Shown: piece by piece, positions 1-9,084 of the stretch
Layout: each line of letters begins with the position of its first letter
Position numbering within the stretch: position 1 is the stretch's first letter
From: Candidatus Saccharimonadota bacterium
GTDB taxonomy: Bacteria > Patescibacteriota > Saccharimonadia > Saccharimonadales > UBA4665
Direction of reading: 5' to 3'
DNA: 32,000 nucleotides
Assembly: GCA_016699955.1 (NCBI GenBank)
Contig: CP064993.1
Location: 810,001 to 842,000, forward strand
Notes under the pieces: model-generated
Database searches by the model: none
What the model was told of the DNA's origin: nothing
What the model saw: the letters and a program-made list of their open reading frames with translations, nothing else
Translations under genes and position numbers: made by a program

Positions 1-8
1 GAAAGACG

Positions 9-1421
9 ATGACCTTATCACCACTAGATTTTTCACCTACCTCTGGAGACAATCGCTTTAACAGCATAGATCCGCTCGATGGTCGGTACTATGATCCCGA
101 AATTGCCCGATATTTGTCTGAGCGCACACGTATTTTGACGCAGGCGCACGTGGAAGCTGCCCTTGCCTATGGGCTGGCTGAATTTGGGCTGTGCAGTCAG
201 GAAATTGCCGAGCAGATAGATGCCGCGAGCCGAAAGATTAGCGTGGAGGCTGTCTCAGAAGAAGAAAAAACCACCCGTCATGACGTAAAAGCCATTGTCA
301 ACACTATTAAAAAAGAGCTGCCCGAAACGGCGCAGCCCTATGTACATTTTGGCGCGACATCATACGACATTGTTTCAACCGCCATGAGTTTGCAGCTGCG
401 CCGGGCGATTCGTGAGCTGGTGTTGCCGCGCCTGCAAGACTTGCAAAAAACACTGGCGCAGCTCGCGGAACGTTACGCCGAAACCGTACAAATAGGTCGC
501 ACACACGGTCAACATGCCGTGCCAATTACATTTGGATATTTTCTGGCTACGTATGTAGAGCGGCTAGACGACAGTATACGGCATCTTGATATTTTGGCCG
601 GCGAGCTGAAGGGTAAATTTTCTGGTGCGGTCGGTACATACAATGCTATTTCAGTGTTTGTCGATGACCCGCTAAAGTTCGAAAAAACCGTACTTGGGTT
701 TGTCGGGCTTGAACCTGCTCCGGCTGCGACGCAAATTGTCCCAGCAGAGGGTTACATACGCCTTCTAGATGAGCTTGCAATTGCTGCCGGTGTGATGGCA
801 AACCTATCGCACGATATGCGCAACCTACAGCGTAGTGAAATTGGTGAGGTGCGTGAAAAGTTTGAGGAAGGCCAGACGGGATCTTCGACCATGGCGCACA
901 AGCGCAACCCATGGAACTTCGAAAACGTCATTGGCATGTGGAAACAAGTCACGGCGCAAGTTGTGAACGCGAACCTCAATATTAGCAGTGAGCACCAGCG
1001 CGACCTGACCGATTCATCGTCTGCTCGTTTCTACACGACTTCATTTGCGCTCGTTGCGTCCATGGCGAAACGGCTGCAAGAGGTGATGAGTAAGATTGAA
1101 GTTGACGAAGCGGCCATGAAGCGGAATCTTTATCTTACTAAGGGAGCAATTGCCGCCGAACCTCTGTACTTACTGCTCGAAAAGTACGGGCACACCACAG
1201 CGCACGAAGTATCCAAGGCTCTCGCCCACAAAGCAATGGAACAAAACGTACCCCTGTACGAAGTGGCATCCCAGGCGGAAACCATCGCCCCCTATTGGGC
1301 AAAATTCACCGAAAAAGAGCGCGAACTAATCCTCTCCCCAGAAATCCACTACACTGGCCTCGCAATGATGAGAGCACATAGTTTAGCAGTTCTAAATTTG
1401 ACAAACATACAACATATGTAA
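9..1421 (+). CDS. purB: Adenylosuccinate lyase
   Basis: 470-aa ORF with the fumarate-lyase superfamily signature GSSTMAHKRNPWNFEN and a PurB-like N-terminus (DPLDGRY). Confidence 0.9.
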   Translation: MTLSPLDFSPTSGDNRFNSIDPLDGRYYDPEIARYLSERTRILTQAHVEAALAYGLAEFGLCSQEIAEQIDAASRKISVEAVSEEEKTTRHDVKAIVNTIKKELPETAQPYVHFGATSYDIVSTAMSLQLRRAIRELVLPRLQDLQKTLAQLAERYAETVQIGRTHGQHAVPITFGYFLATYVERLDDSIRHLDILAGELKGKFSGAVGTYNAISVFVDDPLKFEKTVLGFVGLEPAPAATQIVPAEGYIRLLDELAIAAGVMANLSHDMRNLQRSEIGEVREKFEEGQTGSSTMAHKRNPWNFENVIGMWKQVTAQVVNANLNISSEHQRDLTDSSSARFYTTSFALVASMAKRLQEVMSKIEVDEAAMKRNLYLTKGAIAAEPLYLLLEKYGHTTAHEVSKALAHKAMEQNVPLYEVASQAETIAPYWAKFTEKERELILSPEIHYTGLAMMRAHSLAVLNLTNIQHM

Positions 1422-1473
1422 TAAGATAGACAAGATTTTTAACTAAGTTTTTCAGAAAGATAACACCGCCAAT

Positions 1474-1507
1474 ATGATAGGTATTGCTCAAGAATTAGCC
1501 ACAAATC
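1474..1507 (+). pseudogene. 5' fragment (11 codons, MIGIAQELATN) of the SAM-dependent methyltransferase gene split by IS copy 1
   Basis: The ATG at 1474 reads in frame up to the IS boundary. Removing the IS and one copy of the AAATC duplication joins it in frame to 2594-3259. Confidence 0.7.
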
Positions 1508-2592
1508 CACGCATTTCGCACCTTAACCACGCATACGAGCAGCCAGCGCTAGCTGGATGCTCGGTTTTATGACCTCCCACTTTTGTTGGTACATGCTGTT
1601 TTGTATATTGTTTAGCCTGTCCTGAGATCTTCTCTTGTGTCTTTGTATCCAGGTGAGCATAGAGAGCCCAATGTGGTTTCTCTGTGCTCGGCCAGTGTTG
1701 GCCAGACAGCGAGTAAAACCACAGGTTTGTTTGAGTTCACGATGCAACACTTCGACGCTCCAACGTCTTTCAAAGTACTCTTTGACTTGGCTCCTGGATA
1801 GATCGAGCTTGCTAGTACCAATGTAATCCGTGCGACCGTGTTTGGTCACGAACCGGAATAGCTTGATCCATCCGTATCCTTTGAGGTGTACGACCAGACC
1901 TTCATCTGGTATCTCGAGGGTTTTAATCTGTACATGTGGTTTGTTGACCAAACGGTTACTACGTAACCCCATCACCCAATCCCAGCCATGAGAGCGAGTG
2001 GCTTTAAGGTTATCTAAACTGGAATACCAACTGTCGGCAACAACCATTTCAGGCGTAAGTTGACGCTGTTTTACAGCTGTCAGCATATCCCTGAAATGGT
2101 TGTTTTTAGTCTTGCCATCTTCCGACGGATTCCATATACGGTAGTCCATCGGCATGTAGTCTTCTTTACTGGTTTGCCATAAGGCATTAACTACACCAAT
2201 ACCTTTAGTTATGTCGTGCTTCGAGCCGGCATACTGCCAGTTTACTAATTCAGTCTTACCACTACGACTTTTGTCTATGACTACATCGTCAAAGACAAGG
2301 ATACCAGGTTTAGAGGCTACCTCAGACTTAGCAGCCTGCCACAGATCCTTGGGCTGTACCTTTTCGTCTGCAAGCCAACGAGAGATGCTGTCATGTGATA
2401 GCGTCGATCCATCTGGAGCAACTTCGCTCAGTGACAATGCTGAATATCTATCTGCTGTTACTTCCAAGAAAGCACAATACAGATCGCGAGAACATTTTGA
2501 TCGAGACATGTTTATTTTATCCTGCTTAGTTTTGCAGGGCTAACGCCCTGCTACTAATTATGCAGGTTGGGGGTTAAAGTGCGAAATGCGTG
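1508..2592 (-). mobile_element. IS element copy 1 (1085 bp), single DDE transposase, IS4/IS701-like
   Basis: Terminal inverted repeats CACGCATTTCGCAC(T/C)TTAACC match 20/21. A 5-bp direct repeat AAATC flanks the element at 1503-1507 and 2593-2597. The ends and all ORF translations match the copy at 19834-20918. Confidence 0.9.
1523..2509 (-). CDS. DDE transposase (IS4/IS701-like)
   Basis: 328 aa with candidate DDE residues in ILVFDDVVIDKS, VVADSWYSS and RWSVEVLHRELKQ (the YxxRxxxExxxxxxK-type C-terminal motif). It lies between the terminal inverted repeats. Confidence 0.85.
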   Translation of the reverse strand: MSRSKCSRDLYCAFLEVTADRYSALSLSEVAPDGSTLSHDSISRWLADEKVQPKDLWQAAKSEVASKPGILVFDDVVIDKSRSGKTELVNWQYAGSKHDITKGIGVVNALWQTSKEDYMPMDYRIWNPSEDGKTKNNHFRDMLTAVKQRQLTPEMVVADSWYSSLDNLKATRSHGWDWVMGLRSNRLVNKPHVQIKTLEIPDEGLVVHLKGYGWIKLFRFVTKHGRTDYIGTSKLDLSRSQVKEYFERRWSVEVLHRELKQTCGFTRCLANTGRAQRNHIGLSMLTWIQRHKRRSQDRLNNIQNSMYQQKWEVIKPSIQLALAARMRG

Positions 2593-2593
2593 A

Positions 2594-3259
2594 AATCAAG
2601 AGACTCTTTGGGACACCCAACATGCCCTTCGAGGGGGACAGGGTGGATTTGAAGGAGCCAGAATTGTTGATGAACCAAATGACGCAGCAGTTATGTTCAA
2701 CGGCTTACTGCCACCTAAATCAACTATTGCAGAGCTTGGATCTGCAAATGGACGAGATGCTAGATATTGGGCTCAATTTGGGGGCCATACTGTGCATTGT
2801 TTGGATTTCTCTCAGGTCGCACTTGACCAGTTAGTAATGCATGCAGTGCGGCAAGGAGTAGCAGATCTAATCAAGCCATGGCACTTCGATGCCAATTCCG
2901 GCAGGCTTCCCAAGGAGGTGGACAGTTTCGATGGTTTCTATGCGAGATCAGCTTTGCACGTTGATGACGCGACGTTAATGGCCCTTTTGGCTGATGTTGA
3001 TAGTCGTTTACGTCCGCAAGGTGTTGTATTTATCGAAGGCAAAAGCACTCATGATACCAAAATTGCACGTAGTATAAACTTGGGTAACGGATTAGCCGTG
3101 GACCCAGAGGAAAATGGGCATCTACGTCGAATATGGTCTCCAGAAACACTTCAACAAATCTGTCGTATTTTTGGTTGGATTTCATTAAATCAAGATACAA
3201 TTAAAGAAAAATGGGCAGGTACTGATGCAACGTTCCTCCGTTTAGTAGCAACCAAATAA
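2594..3259 (+). pseudogene. Class I SAM-dependent methyltransferase, 5' end severed by the IS (internal ATG at 2693 could still give a shortened product)
   Basis: The frame is open from the first base after the IS (a TGA straddles the IS end at 2591-2593). Motif I-like IAELGSANGRDARYW is followed by VHCLDFS. Confidence 0.75.
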
Positions 3260-3283
3260 CATTACCTATATAATCGAGAAACT

Positions 3284-3820
3284 ATGATTGATTCATCTAC
3301 GTCAAACCCACGTGTCGTTGTGTCTGCAATAATCGAAAAAGTTGAAGATGGAATGTGGTTTGTCTTCATGCAAACACGTTGGAAGCCACAAGCAAGCCCT
3401 ACCTATTTAGGCGTATTCGAGATTCCGGCTGGTGGTATTGATGGATATGAGAACGTGTATGATTCGGTTAAACGTGAAGTCAAAGAAGAAACAGGCCTTG
3501 AGATCATTCGTTTTATTGATGATTTTCAGACGCCAGTTACGTATGCTCGTCTTGGAGATTCCTCAATAGCTTTTCGACCATTTATATGTCAGCAAGTACT
3601 CGAGACTAACGGTGGCCTTCCATGGGTAGGATTTGTCTTCCGTTGCGAAGCTACGGGCACAATTTCCATGCAAACTAGTGAAGCTAAAGACCCCCGTTGG
3701 GTATCTATTGATGAGCTGGACGAGTTGCTAAACAAATCTCCCGAGAAGATCTTTTCACTTCACGTCGCTACCCTAAAGTACTATGTTGACTTTGTAAGAA
3801 ATCTAACAAGGAGCCTATGA
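3284..3820 (+). CDS. NUDIX hydrolase
   Basis: Nudix box GGIDGYENVYDSVKREVKEETGL (Gx5Ex7REUxEExGU). Confidence 0.85.
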   Translation: MIDSSTSNPRVVVSAIIEKVEDGMWFVFMQTRWKPQASPTYLGVFEIPAGGIDGYENVYDSVKREVKEETGLEIIRFIDDFQTPVTYARLGDSSIAFRPFICQQVLETNGGLPWVGFVFRCEATGTISMQTSEAKDPRWVSIDELDELLNKSPEKIFSLHVATLKYYVDFVRNLTRSL

Positions 3821-3950
3821 TTTTTGGCATAAAGTAGACTGGTGGTGTCTGATAATTCGGCGAACATTTTGGCTAGAAGACCTGCCGACCTTCGACAGAG
3901 AAAAAATATGTGATTTTGTGTCGTTGTCCGTCTCGGCCGTTTTGCTTACT

Positions 3951-3969
3951 ACGCTTTTCGCACTTTAAC
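3951..3969 (+). repeat. Solo IS-end-like sequence (matches the transposase-proximal inverted repeat of the 1085-bp IS)
   Basis: ACGCTTTTCGCACTTTAAC versus IS end ACGCATTTCGCACTTTAAC, 18/19 identical. I saw no partner end or transposase nearby. Confidence 0.5.
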
Positions 3970-4181
3970 TTCGCCGTCATCTTCCCCTTATAATCAACAC
4001 ACAGTCTTTCCCGGAAAAGACGAAAATATGTTTCTATTCACTGTATTATGGAAAATAATTCTACGTGGTGGGGCGTTCTTGGTTACTAGTTTCGCTGGTT
4101 TCATGAGTGATGAGGTAGGTTGTGGTCAGGAGGACTAGGGCGCTGAGGGTGGGGCTGATCAAATGTTTGTAACAGCGCAAA

Positions 4182-4940
4182 CTATCGGATTTTTGCTGCT
4201 ACTGCTGGCGCGATTTGGGCATTTCCTGCGGCGTTTAGGTGCAAGCCGTCTCCAGTGAAAAATGCCGTGTTAGCTAGTTCGGAACGGTTGGTCGCAGCTA
4301 TTTTTTCGCCCAGTAAGCCTCGTGTGTCAATTATTCGGCCTTGAGGAGCTAGCCAAGCCGAAAGCCACTCATTATACCAATCGCGCCTATGTTCTATGGC
4401 GAGAGAGTCTACGTCGGAGACCTGGGTAGTAGTGGTGCGGGGCATAGGTGTAATCCAATATACCTTTGCTACTCCGGCATCACGCAGTGCTTGGTCGGCG
4501 TAGACCGCTTCCCATTTCGACAGCTCCAAAGAGTTCGGATCATTCAAATTGTAGTTTTCAGCGAATTGATAGATATCGTTGTGACCTATCAAAATAATAG
4601 CAGTAGTCGGACGCTCGGTTGTCGAGGCCAACGCATTTTGGATTTGCTTTTTGAGTGTCATTTGAGTTGGGGCTGTGGGATGGGCGCGCAAAACCGAACC
4701 ACCAATCGAATAATTTGTGATCGTGGTACCGCTTAGGCTGCCGGCCATTTCTGGAATTGTCGCTCCCAGTGTTGGATATGCTGTCGAGCGCCATTGGTTG
4801 GTTACTGAACCCGCCATGATTGAATCACCAAAAGCCCATACCGTCTGTCCGGCTGCGTTTGTTGTGCGTCCCTGCAGACCAACCGATATTGCCAATATGA
4901 CTATTAGAGCGCCCGTAAGGATCATTAGTTTATTTTTCAT
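4182..4940 (-). CDS. Secreted SGNH/GDSL hydrolase
   Basis: N-terminal signal-like hydrophobic segment. Block I FGDSIMAG, block III GHND, block V GDGLHLN. SD GAGGAG lies 5 nt upstream of the ATG. Confidence 0.85.
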   Translation of the reverse strand: MKNKLMILTGALIVILAISVGLQGRTTNAAGQTVWAFGDSIMAGSVTNQWRSTAYPTLGATIPEMAGSLSGTTITNYSIGGSVLRAHPTAPTQMTLKKQIQNALASTTERPTTAIILIGHNDIYQFAENYNLNDPNSLELSKWEAVYADQALRDAGVAKVYWITPMPRTTTTQVSDVDSLAIEHRRDWYNEWLSAWLAPQGRIIDTRGLLGEKIAATNRSELANTAFFTGDGLHLNAAGNAQIAPAVAAKIR

Positions 4941-5117
4941 AGAACTCCTCGATTAATATATAAACCATATCACTTTTTTCTTACTAAATCAAGGGTTGTC
5001 GATATTGAGCCGTTCTACATATCAATTTTTTGGACAGAAATTAAGGACCTGAATTGCCCGTGTATGGCTTTGGCTGAAGTGCATGTCTGCATCTGCCCAG
5101 TGTATGCTTGTTTGTCT

Positions 5118-6041
5118 TTACAAACTATGACTATCTTCCAGAACCGTATTTTTCATCGACAGTGTGTATGTGCATATTAGCAAAATAACCGCACCAACTC
5201 CCTGCGTGAGTGTCAGGCCCTGTTGTAGGAACGCCCAGCCAATGAGGACGGCGCTGAGTGGCCAGGCTAGTTCAAGTACAGCAGCGCGACTGGCGGTAAC
5301 GCGCTGGAGGCCGTAGTAGTAAATGAGTAACGCCACTAGGCCAGTGCTAAAGGTGATGGCGAGCAGGTAGAAAAACTGTGGCTGAGTGATTTGCGAAACG
5401 GCTGCGGCTGAGCCAGAGCCGAGTACAAAAAAGAGCGAAATCACTGCCGTCAAACCAAATCGTGCAGCTGTAACGTGCGGGTATGAAGTGCCCTTCAGCG
5501 CGTATTTTGAAAACGCGGTGCCAATGCCCCATGCAGCAGCTGCGCCAGCTGCATAAAGTGCGGCGATGAGGGTTCCCTTGCCTGTATCAAGATTAACTGT
5601 GAGGTCCGGGAAGCTGACTAGGTAGGCGCCAATAAGTGCGACTGCGGCCAAGCTAAGAAACTTCGCGCTTAGTTTTTCGCGCAGTAACATCGCTGCGGTA
5701 GCAATCGCAAAAATTGGGTTTAATTGTTGCAACAGCACAACTACCGAGAAGTTTATAAAGTTTACCTGCCCAAGTGCCGCGGTGTACAAAATGGTGCCGA
5801 GTGCGCCAGACAGGAGCGCAACCAGTCCCATAGCCCACCATTGCTTACGGGTTAGACCACGGAATTTTGAGCGCGTAGACCACAGAAACGGCGCCAGAAG
5901 TATTACTCCCAGCACGTGTTCATAAAACACAACGACTGAAGGTGGCAAGCTATATAAATTACGCCGTAGCAGACCGTCTACGCTCCAAAGCAATGCTGCA
6001 ACTATCACAGCGAAAGCCCCCGCATGGGCAAATTTATTCAT
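5118..6041 (-). CDS. EamA/DMT family transporter
   Basis: 307 aa, about 10 hydrophobic helices arranged as two EamA-like halves. SD AAAGGGAA lies upstream. Confidence 0.8.
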   Translation of the reverse strand: MNKFAHAGAFAVIVAALLWSVDGLLRRNLYSLPPSVVVFYEHVLGVILLAPFLWSTRSKFRGLTRKQWWAMGLVALLSGALGTILYTAALGQVNFINFSVVVLLQQLNPIFAIATAAMLLREKLSAKFLSLAAVALIGAYLVSFPDLTVNLDTGKGTLIAALYAAGAAAAWGIGTAFSKYALKGTSYPHVTAARFGLTAVISLFFVLGSGSAAAVSQITQPQFFYLLAITFSTGLVALLIYYYGLQRVTASRAAVLELAWPLSAVLIGWAFLQQGLTLTQGVGAVILLICTYTLSMKNTVLEDSHSL

Positions 6042-6248
6042 TGATCAGTTCCCTTTCTACTGCTATTGCAGCAACTCGATTGCTCGAGTTTCCGACTGTA
6101 CGGCCGGTGAACGAATTGCACGTTCTCATCCAAGAAAACTTGGTCGACGACTTAAGGCCGTAGGACCTATCACGTCCGATTGGCGAATTTCACGCCACCC
6201 TGGTTAGTTTTACAACCCTACTTTACCATACCTCAGCCGTAAGCACAC

Positions 6249-6281
6249 AAAAATAGATTGTCCGGCCGTACAATCTATTTT
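6249..6281. terminator. Bidirectional intrinsic-terminator-like hairpin in a divergent intergenic region
   Basis: AAAATAGATTGT (6250-6261) pairs perfectly with ACAATCTATTTT (6270-6281), loop CCGGCCGT. An A-run sits on one side and a T-run on the other. Confidence 0.5.
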
Positions 6282-6292
6282 GATGTTTTTTC

Positions 6293-7537
6293 ATGATTCA
6301 AGCATTCATAAAAATTGTATATTGTGCAATGTATTGCTATACTTTACGAATCGTGGACATTTTTATACCACCCTCGCGGCGATCAGCGCCGGAAGCATTA
6401 ACAAATGAATTCCGGTTATTTTATGATCCTCGACACGATTTTGAGCGAAGTGATACCGCTGAACAATTGCTATGGCTCTCCCGTGGTCGCAGCATCTCAC
6501 CAGACCCCGATGTTAGTTTGCATGTTGGTTCAAGAATCTTAGCTCGTGAGCTAGCACATACTCGTCTAATAGCCATCGGTAGGCATGATAACGCTGGTGG
6601 CCTGAACATACCCCATCAAGAATTGGACAGTATTGTTGATCTAGCATATTTTGATGCACATCGTACCATCCGAGCGCTGGAAAAGGGCATCTCTCGTCTC
6701 TTGTGTGATTATCCTGATATCGCTGCGCAAGCAAAAAAAGAAGATCCAGAACGCATCTTACTTTTTGGAGCTATGGGTAGCAGCCTCTCTCATTTAGGGC
6801 AGAGACGCCGTAACGGCAATCAATACGCACAGCACCCCCTTGAAAGTACCATGATCGCTGAAGTGATTGAAAAAAGACAGTTTGGTACTGTGTCGCCAGA
6901 ACAGTACAGCGTACAGTCTGCTATTTTGAAGTACGTGTTGTACGCTCACGATGAGATTGAAGATGATATGTCTAGCGAAGAGGGTAAACGGAACCATTCT
7001 TTCTTGGCAAAGAAAAAAGTACACATGACACCTCTCGTTCATTACATGCTTTTACAGTATCTCGGTTACACAGAAGAAGTAGCAGACTATGCTTCCGACG
7101 GGCTGTTGCCGCTAACAAAAACTGTTGGCTTGAGTGGTCGGCGCAATTGGTATGACTATATTCGTGAGCTGGCTTCGGCAGCACCAGTAGCGCCAAGCGG
7201 TTTTGAAGGCATAATAACAGAAGTAAAAGAAATAGAAATGTCCCACAATTCTGAAGTTGATAAGGATAATCATCCAGCAGAATCCACTCTCACGGGCGAT
7301 AATTTAAGATTGGCTGAAGTAAAGTACTATCGGCGTAAAAAAGATTACGATTGGGCTAGAGAGGAGTTGCGCAGGTACACCACATACCTCAGTGGGTATC
7401 CGGCGGCTATCGCGCAACATGTCGGGGCTGTGAGCGCAGAGGACATCAAGAGGCATAAAGGGGCTGGGTCGTTAAGTACCATGCTTGTGCCCGATTTGCT
7501 CGTTGCTTCATTTTTTGCGGGAAATCAGGCCACATGA
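6293..7537 (+). CDS. HD-domain protein, RelA/SpoT-type (HD_4-like) hydrolase domain in the centre; start probably GTG 6353
   Basis: GQRRRNGNQYAQHPLESTMIAEV ... LYAHDEIEDD ... EVADYASDGLLPLTK resembles the (p)ppGpp-hydrolase HD fold. Extended -10 TGCTATACT at 6335-6343 lies inside the annotated 5' end. Confidence 0.55.
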   Translation: MIQAFIKIVYCAMYCYTLRIVDIFIPPSRRSAPEALTNEFRLFYDPRHDFERSDTAEQLLWLSRGRSISPDPDVSLHVGSRILARELAHTRLIAIGRHDNAGGLNIPHQELDSIVDLAYFDAHRTIRALEKGISRLLCDYPDIAAQAKKEDPERILLFGAMGSSLSHLGQRRRNGNQYAQHPLESTMIAEVIEKRQFGTVSPEQYSVQSAILKYVLYAHDEIEDDMSSEEGKRNHSFLAKKKVHMTPLVHYMLLQYLGYTEEVADYASDGLLPLTKTVGLSGRRNWYDYIRELASAAPVAPSGFEGIITEVKEIEMSHNSEVDKDNHPAESTLTGDNLRLAEVKYYRRKKDYDWAREELRRYTTYLSGYPAAIAQHVGAVSAEDIKRHKGAGSLSTMLVPDLLVASFFAGNQAT

Positions 7538-7594
7538 TTATTTACCGTTAAGACTTTATTAGGTACACTGTGAGAAGAACTGGAGGGTTCGCAA

Positions 7595-8410
7595 GTGAAG
7601 TTTATAGATAAGTTGCAGGCATCTGTGGTACGTAACGATTCGCTTGTGTGCGTTGGGTTAGATAGTGACGCTGCAAAACTGCCGAAGGGAGTTGACCAGC
7701 TGAGTTTCAATAAAGCCATCATTGATGCGACACATGACTTGGTAGCGGCGTATAAACCAAACACGGCATTTTATGAGGCGCGTGGCGCTGAAGGTATCAC
7801 AGTTTTAAAAGAAACCTGTGAATATATACACCAGAAAGCACCTAGTGTAATCATCATCCTTGATGCCAAGCGCGCAGACATTGGCAATACCAATGCTGGC
7901 TATCTGCAGTTTGCGTATGACTATTTAGGGGCCGATAGTATAACCCTCCACCCTTACCTTGGTCATGAAGCTCTAGAACCTTTTCTTGCGCGGGCTGACA
8001 AGGGGGCGATTGTTCTCTGCCGAACTTCGAACCCCGGAGCTGGGGAATTTCAGGATCAATATCTCGATGGTCATAAACTGTTTGAGCATGTCGCGTGCAT
8101 GGTTGCTAAAGACTGGAATGGCAATGACAACTGCATGCTGGTGGTTGGGGCAACCTATCCAGACGAAGCCAGAGCTATCCGTGAGGCAGTGGGTGATAAC
8201 ATGTGGTTTCTTGTTCCTGGTGTCGGTGCGCAAGGTGGCGATGTCCAAAAAACCATGGAGGCCGCGCAAAACAGCCGTGGCAGTGGGCTACTTATAAACT
8301 CATCACGCGGGATTATTTTTGCAAGCTCAGGTGTCGATTATGCCGAGGCCGCCCGTCAGGCAACGATAACACTCCGAAGTGAAGTTAACAGCTATAGAAA
8401 GGGCAAATGA
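7595..8410 (+). CDS. pyrF: Orotidine 5'-phosphate decarboxylase (type 2)
   Basis: LVCVGLDSD and ILDAKRADIGNT motifs. SD GGAGGG lies upstream of the GTG start. Confidence 0.9.
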   Translation: MKFIDKLQASVVRNDSLVCVGLDSDAAKLPKGVDQLSFNKAIIDATHDLVAAYKPNTAFYEARGAEGITVLKETCEYIHQKAPSVIIILDAKRADIGNTNAGYLQFAYDYLGADSITLHPYLGHEALEPFLARADKGAIVLCRTSNPGAGEFQDQYLDGHKLFEHVACMVAKDWNGNDNCMLVVGATYPDEARAIREAVGDNMWFLVPGVGAQGGDVQKTMEAAQNSRGSGLLINSSRGIIFASSGVDYAEAARQATITLRSEVNSYRKGK

Positions 8411-9083
8411 AGTGAAACCCGAAGACGTACTTAAGAAAATGGGCTGCGTATATAGTGGTCATTTTGTCGGCGTAAGCACAAAGCACCTGGCTGGATATTG
8501 CAATATAGATCCGCTCATACCACATGTCCGTGAGGTGGGACAACTCATACAACAGTTAGTGGAAAACTTTAAGGATGATGATGTTGAAGTGGTAGCATCG
8601 CCTGCTATTGGGGCAATACCATTTGCACACTGGGCCGCGCAACATCTCATGGCAGGAACCGACAAAGATATTTTAGGTGTCTGGGCCGATAAAGTTTCCG
8701 GTTCTGCCGAGCGTGAATTTATATTTGAACGCGAGGGATTTACTAAGGCAGTTCAAGGCAAACGGATTCTGATACTTGAAGACATGGTAAACCAGATGGC
8801 GTCCGTAAAAGCAATGATTAAAACCGTTCGCGCTGCAGGCGGTACTGTGGTGGGCGTCGGTTGCATTGCAGCCAACAAAGGAGCAACAGCCGAGGAGCTA
8901 AATGTTCCGAAGTTTGTAAAACTGACAAGCGTAGAGTACGACGTTTGGACGGCTGAGGAATGTCCGGTTAGCGGTTTGTGCGCAAAAGCTGAACCGATAG
9001 TGATAGACATTGGTCATGGTGATGATTATCAAAAAGCCCATCCCGACTACAGCGGTGGCTTTGTAAAACTGCTGGACGACTAA
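8379..9083 (+). CDS. pyrE: Orotate phosphoribosyltransferase-like PRTase (start uncertain: GTG 8379, GTG 8412 or ATG 8439)
   Basis: PRPP-loop region ILILEDMVNQMAS, which departs from the usual DD..TTG.T pattern. The gene sits between pyrF and pyrD. Confidence 0.65.
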   Translation: MKLTAIERANEVKPEDVLKKMGCVYSGHFVGVSTKHLAGYCNIDPLIPHVREVGQLIQQLVENFKDDDVEVVASPAIGAIPFAHWAAQHLMAGTDKDILGVWADKVSGSAEREFIFEREGFTKAVQGKRILILEDMVNQMASVKAMIKTVRAAGGTVVGVGCIAANKGATAEELNVPKFVKLTSVEYDVWTAEECPVSGLCAKAEPIVIDIGHGDDYQKAHPDYSGGFVKLLDD

Positions 9084-9084
9084 C

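Noticed and set aside
1612-2543. Antisense and overlapping ORFs inside both IS copies (110, 69 and 63 aa)
   Set aside because: They are fully nested in or opposite the transposase gene. They repeat only because the IS is duplicated, and no independent signals support them.
4028-4138. 36-aa hydrophobic ORF (MFLFTVLWKIILRGGAFLVTSFAGF...) in the long gap before the SGNH gene
   Set aside because: It has no SD or -10 box at the right distance, and there is no conservation evidence available from the sequence alone.
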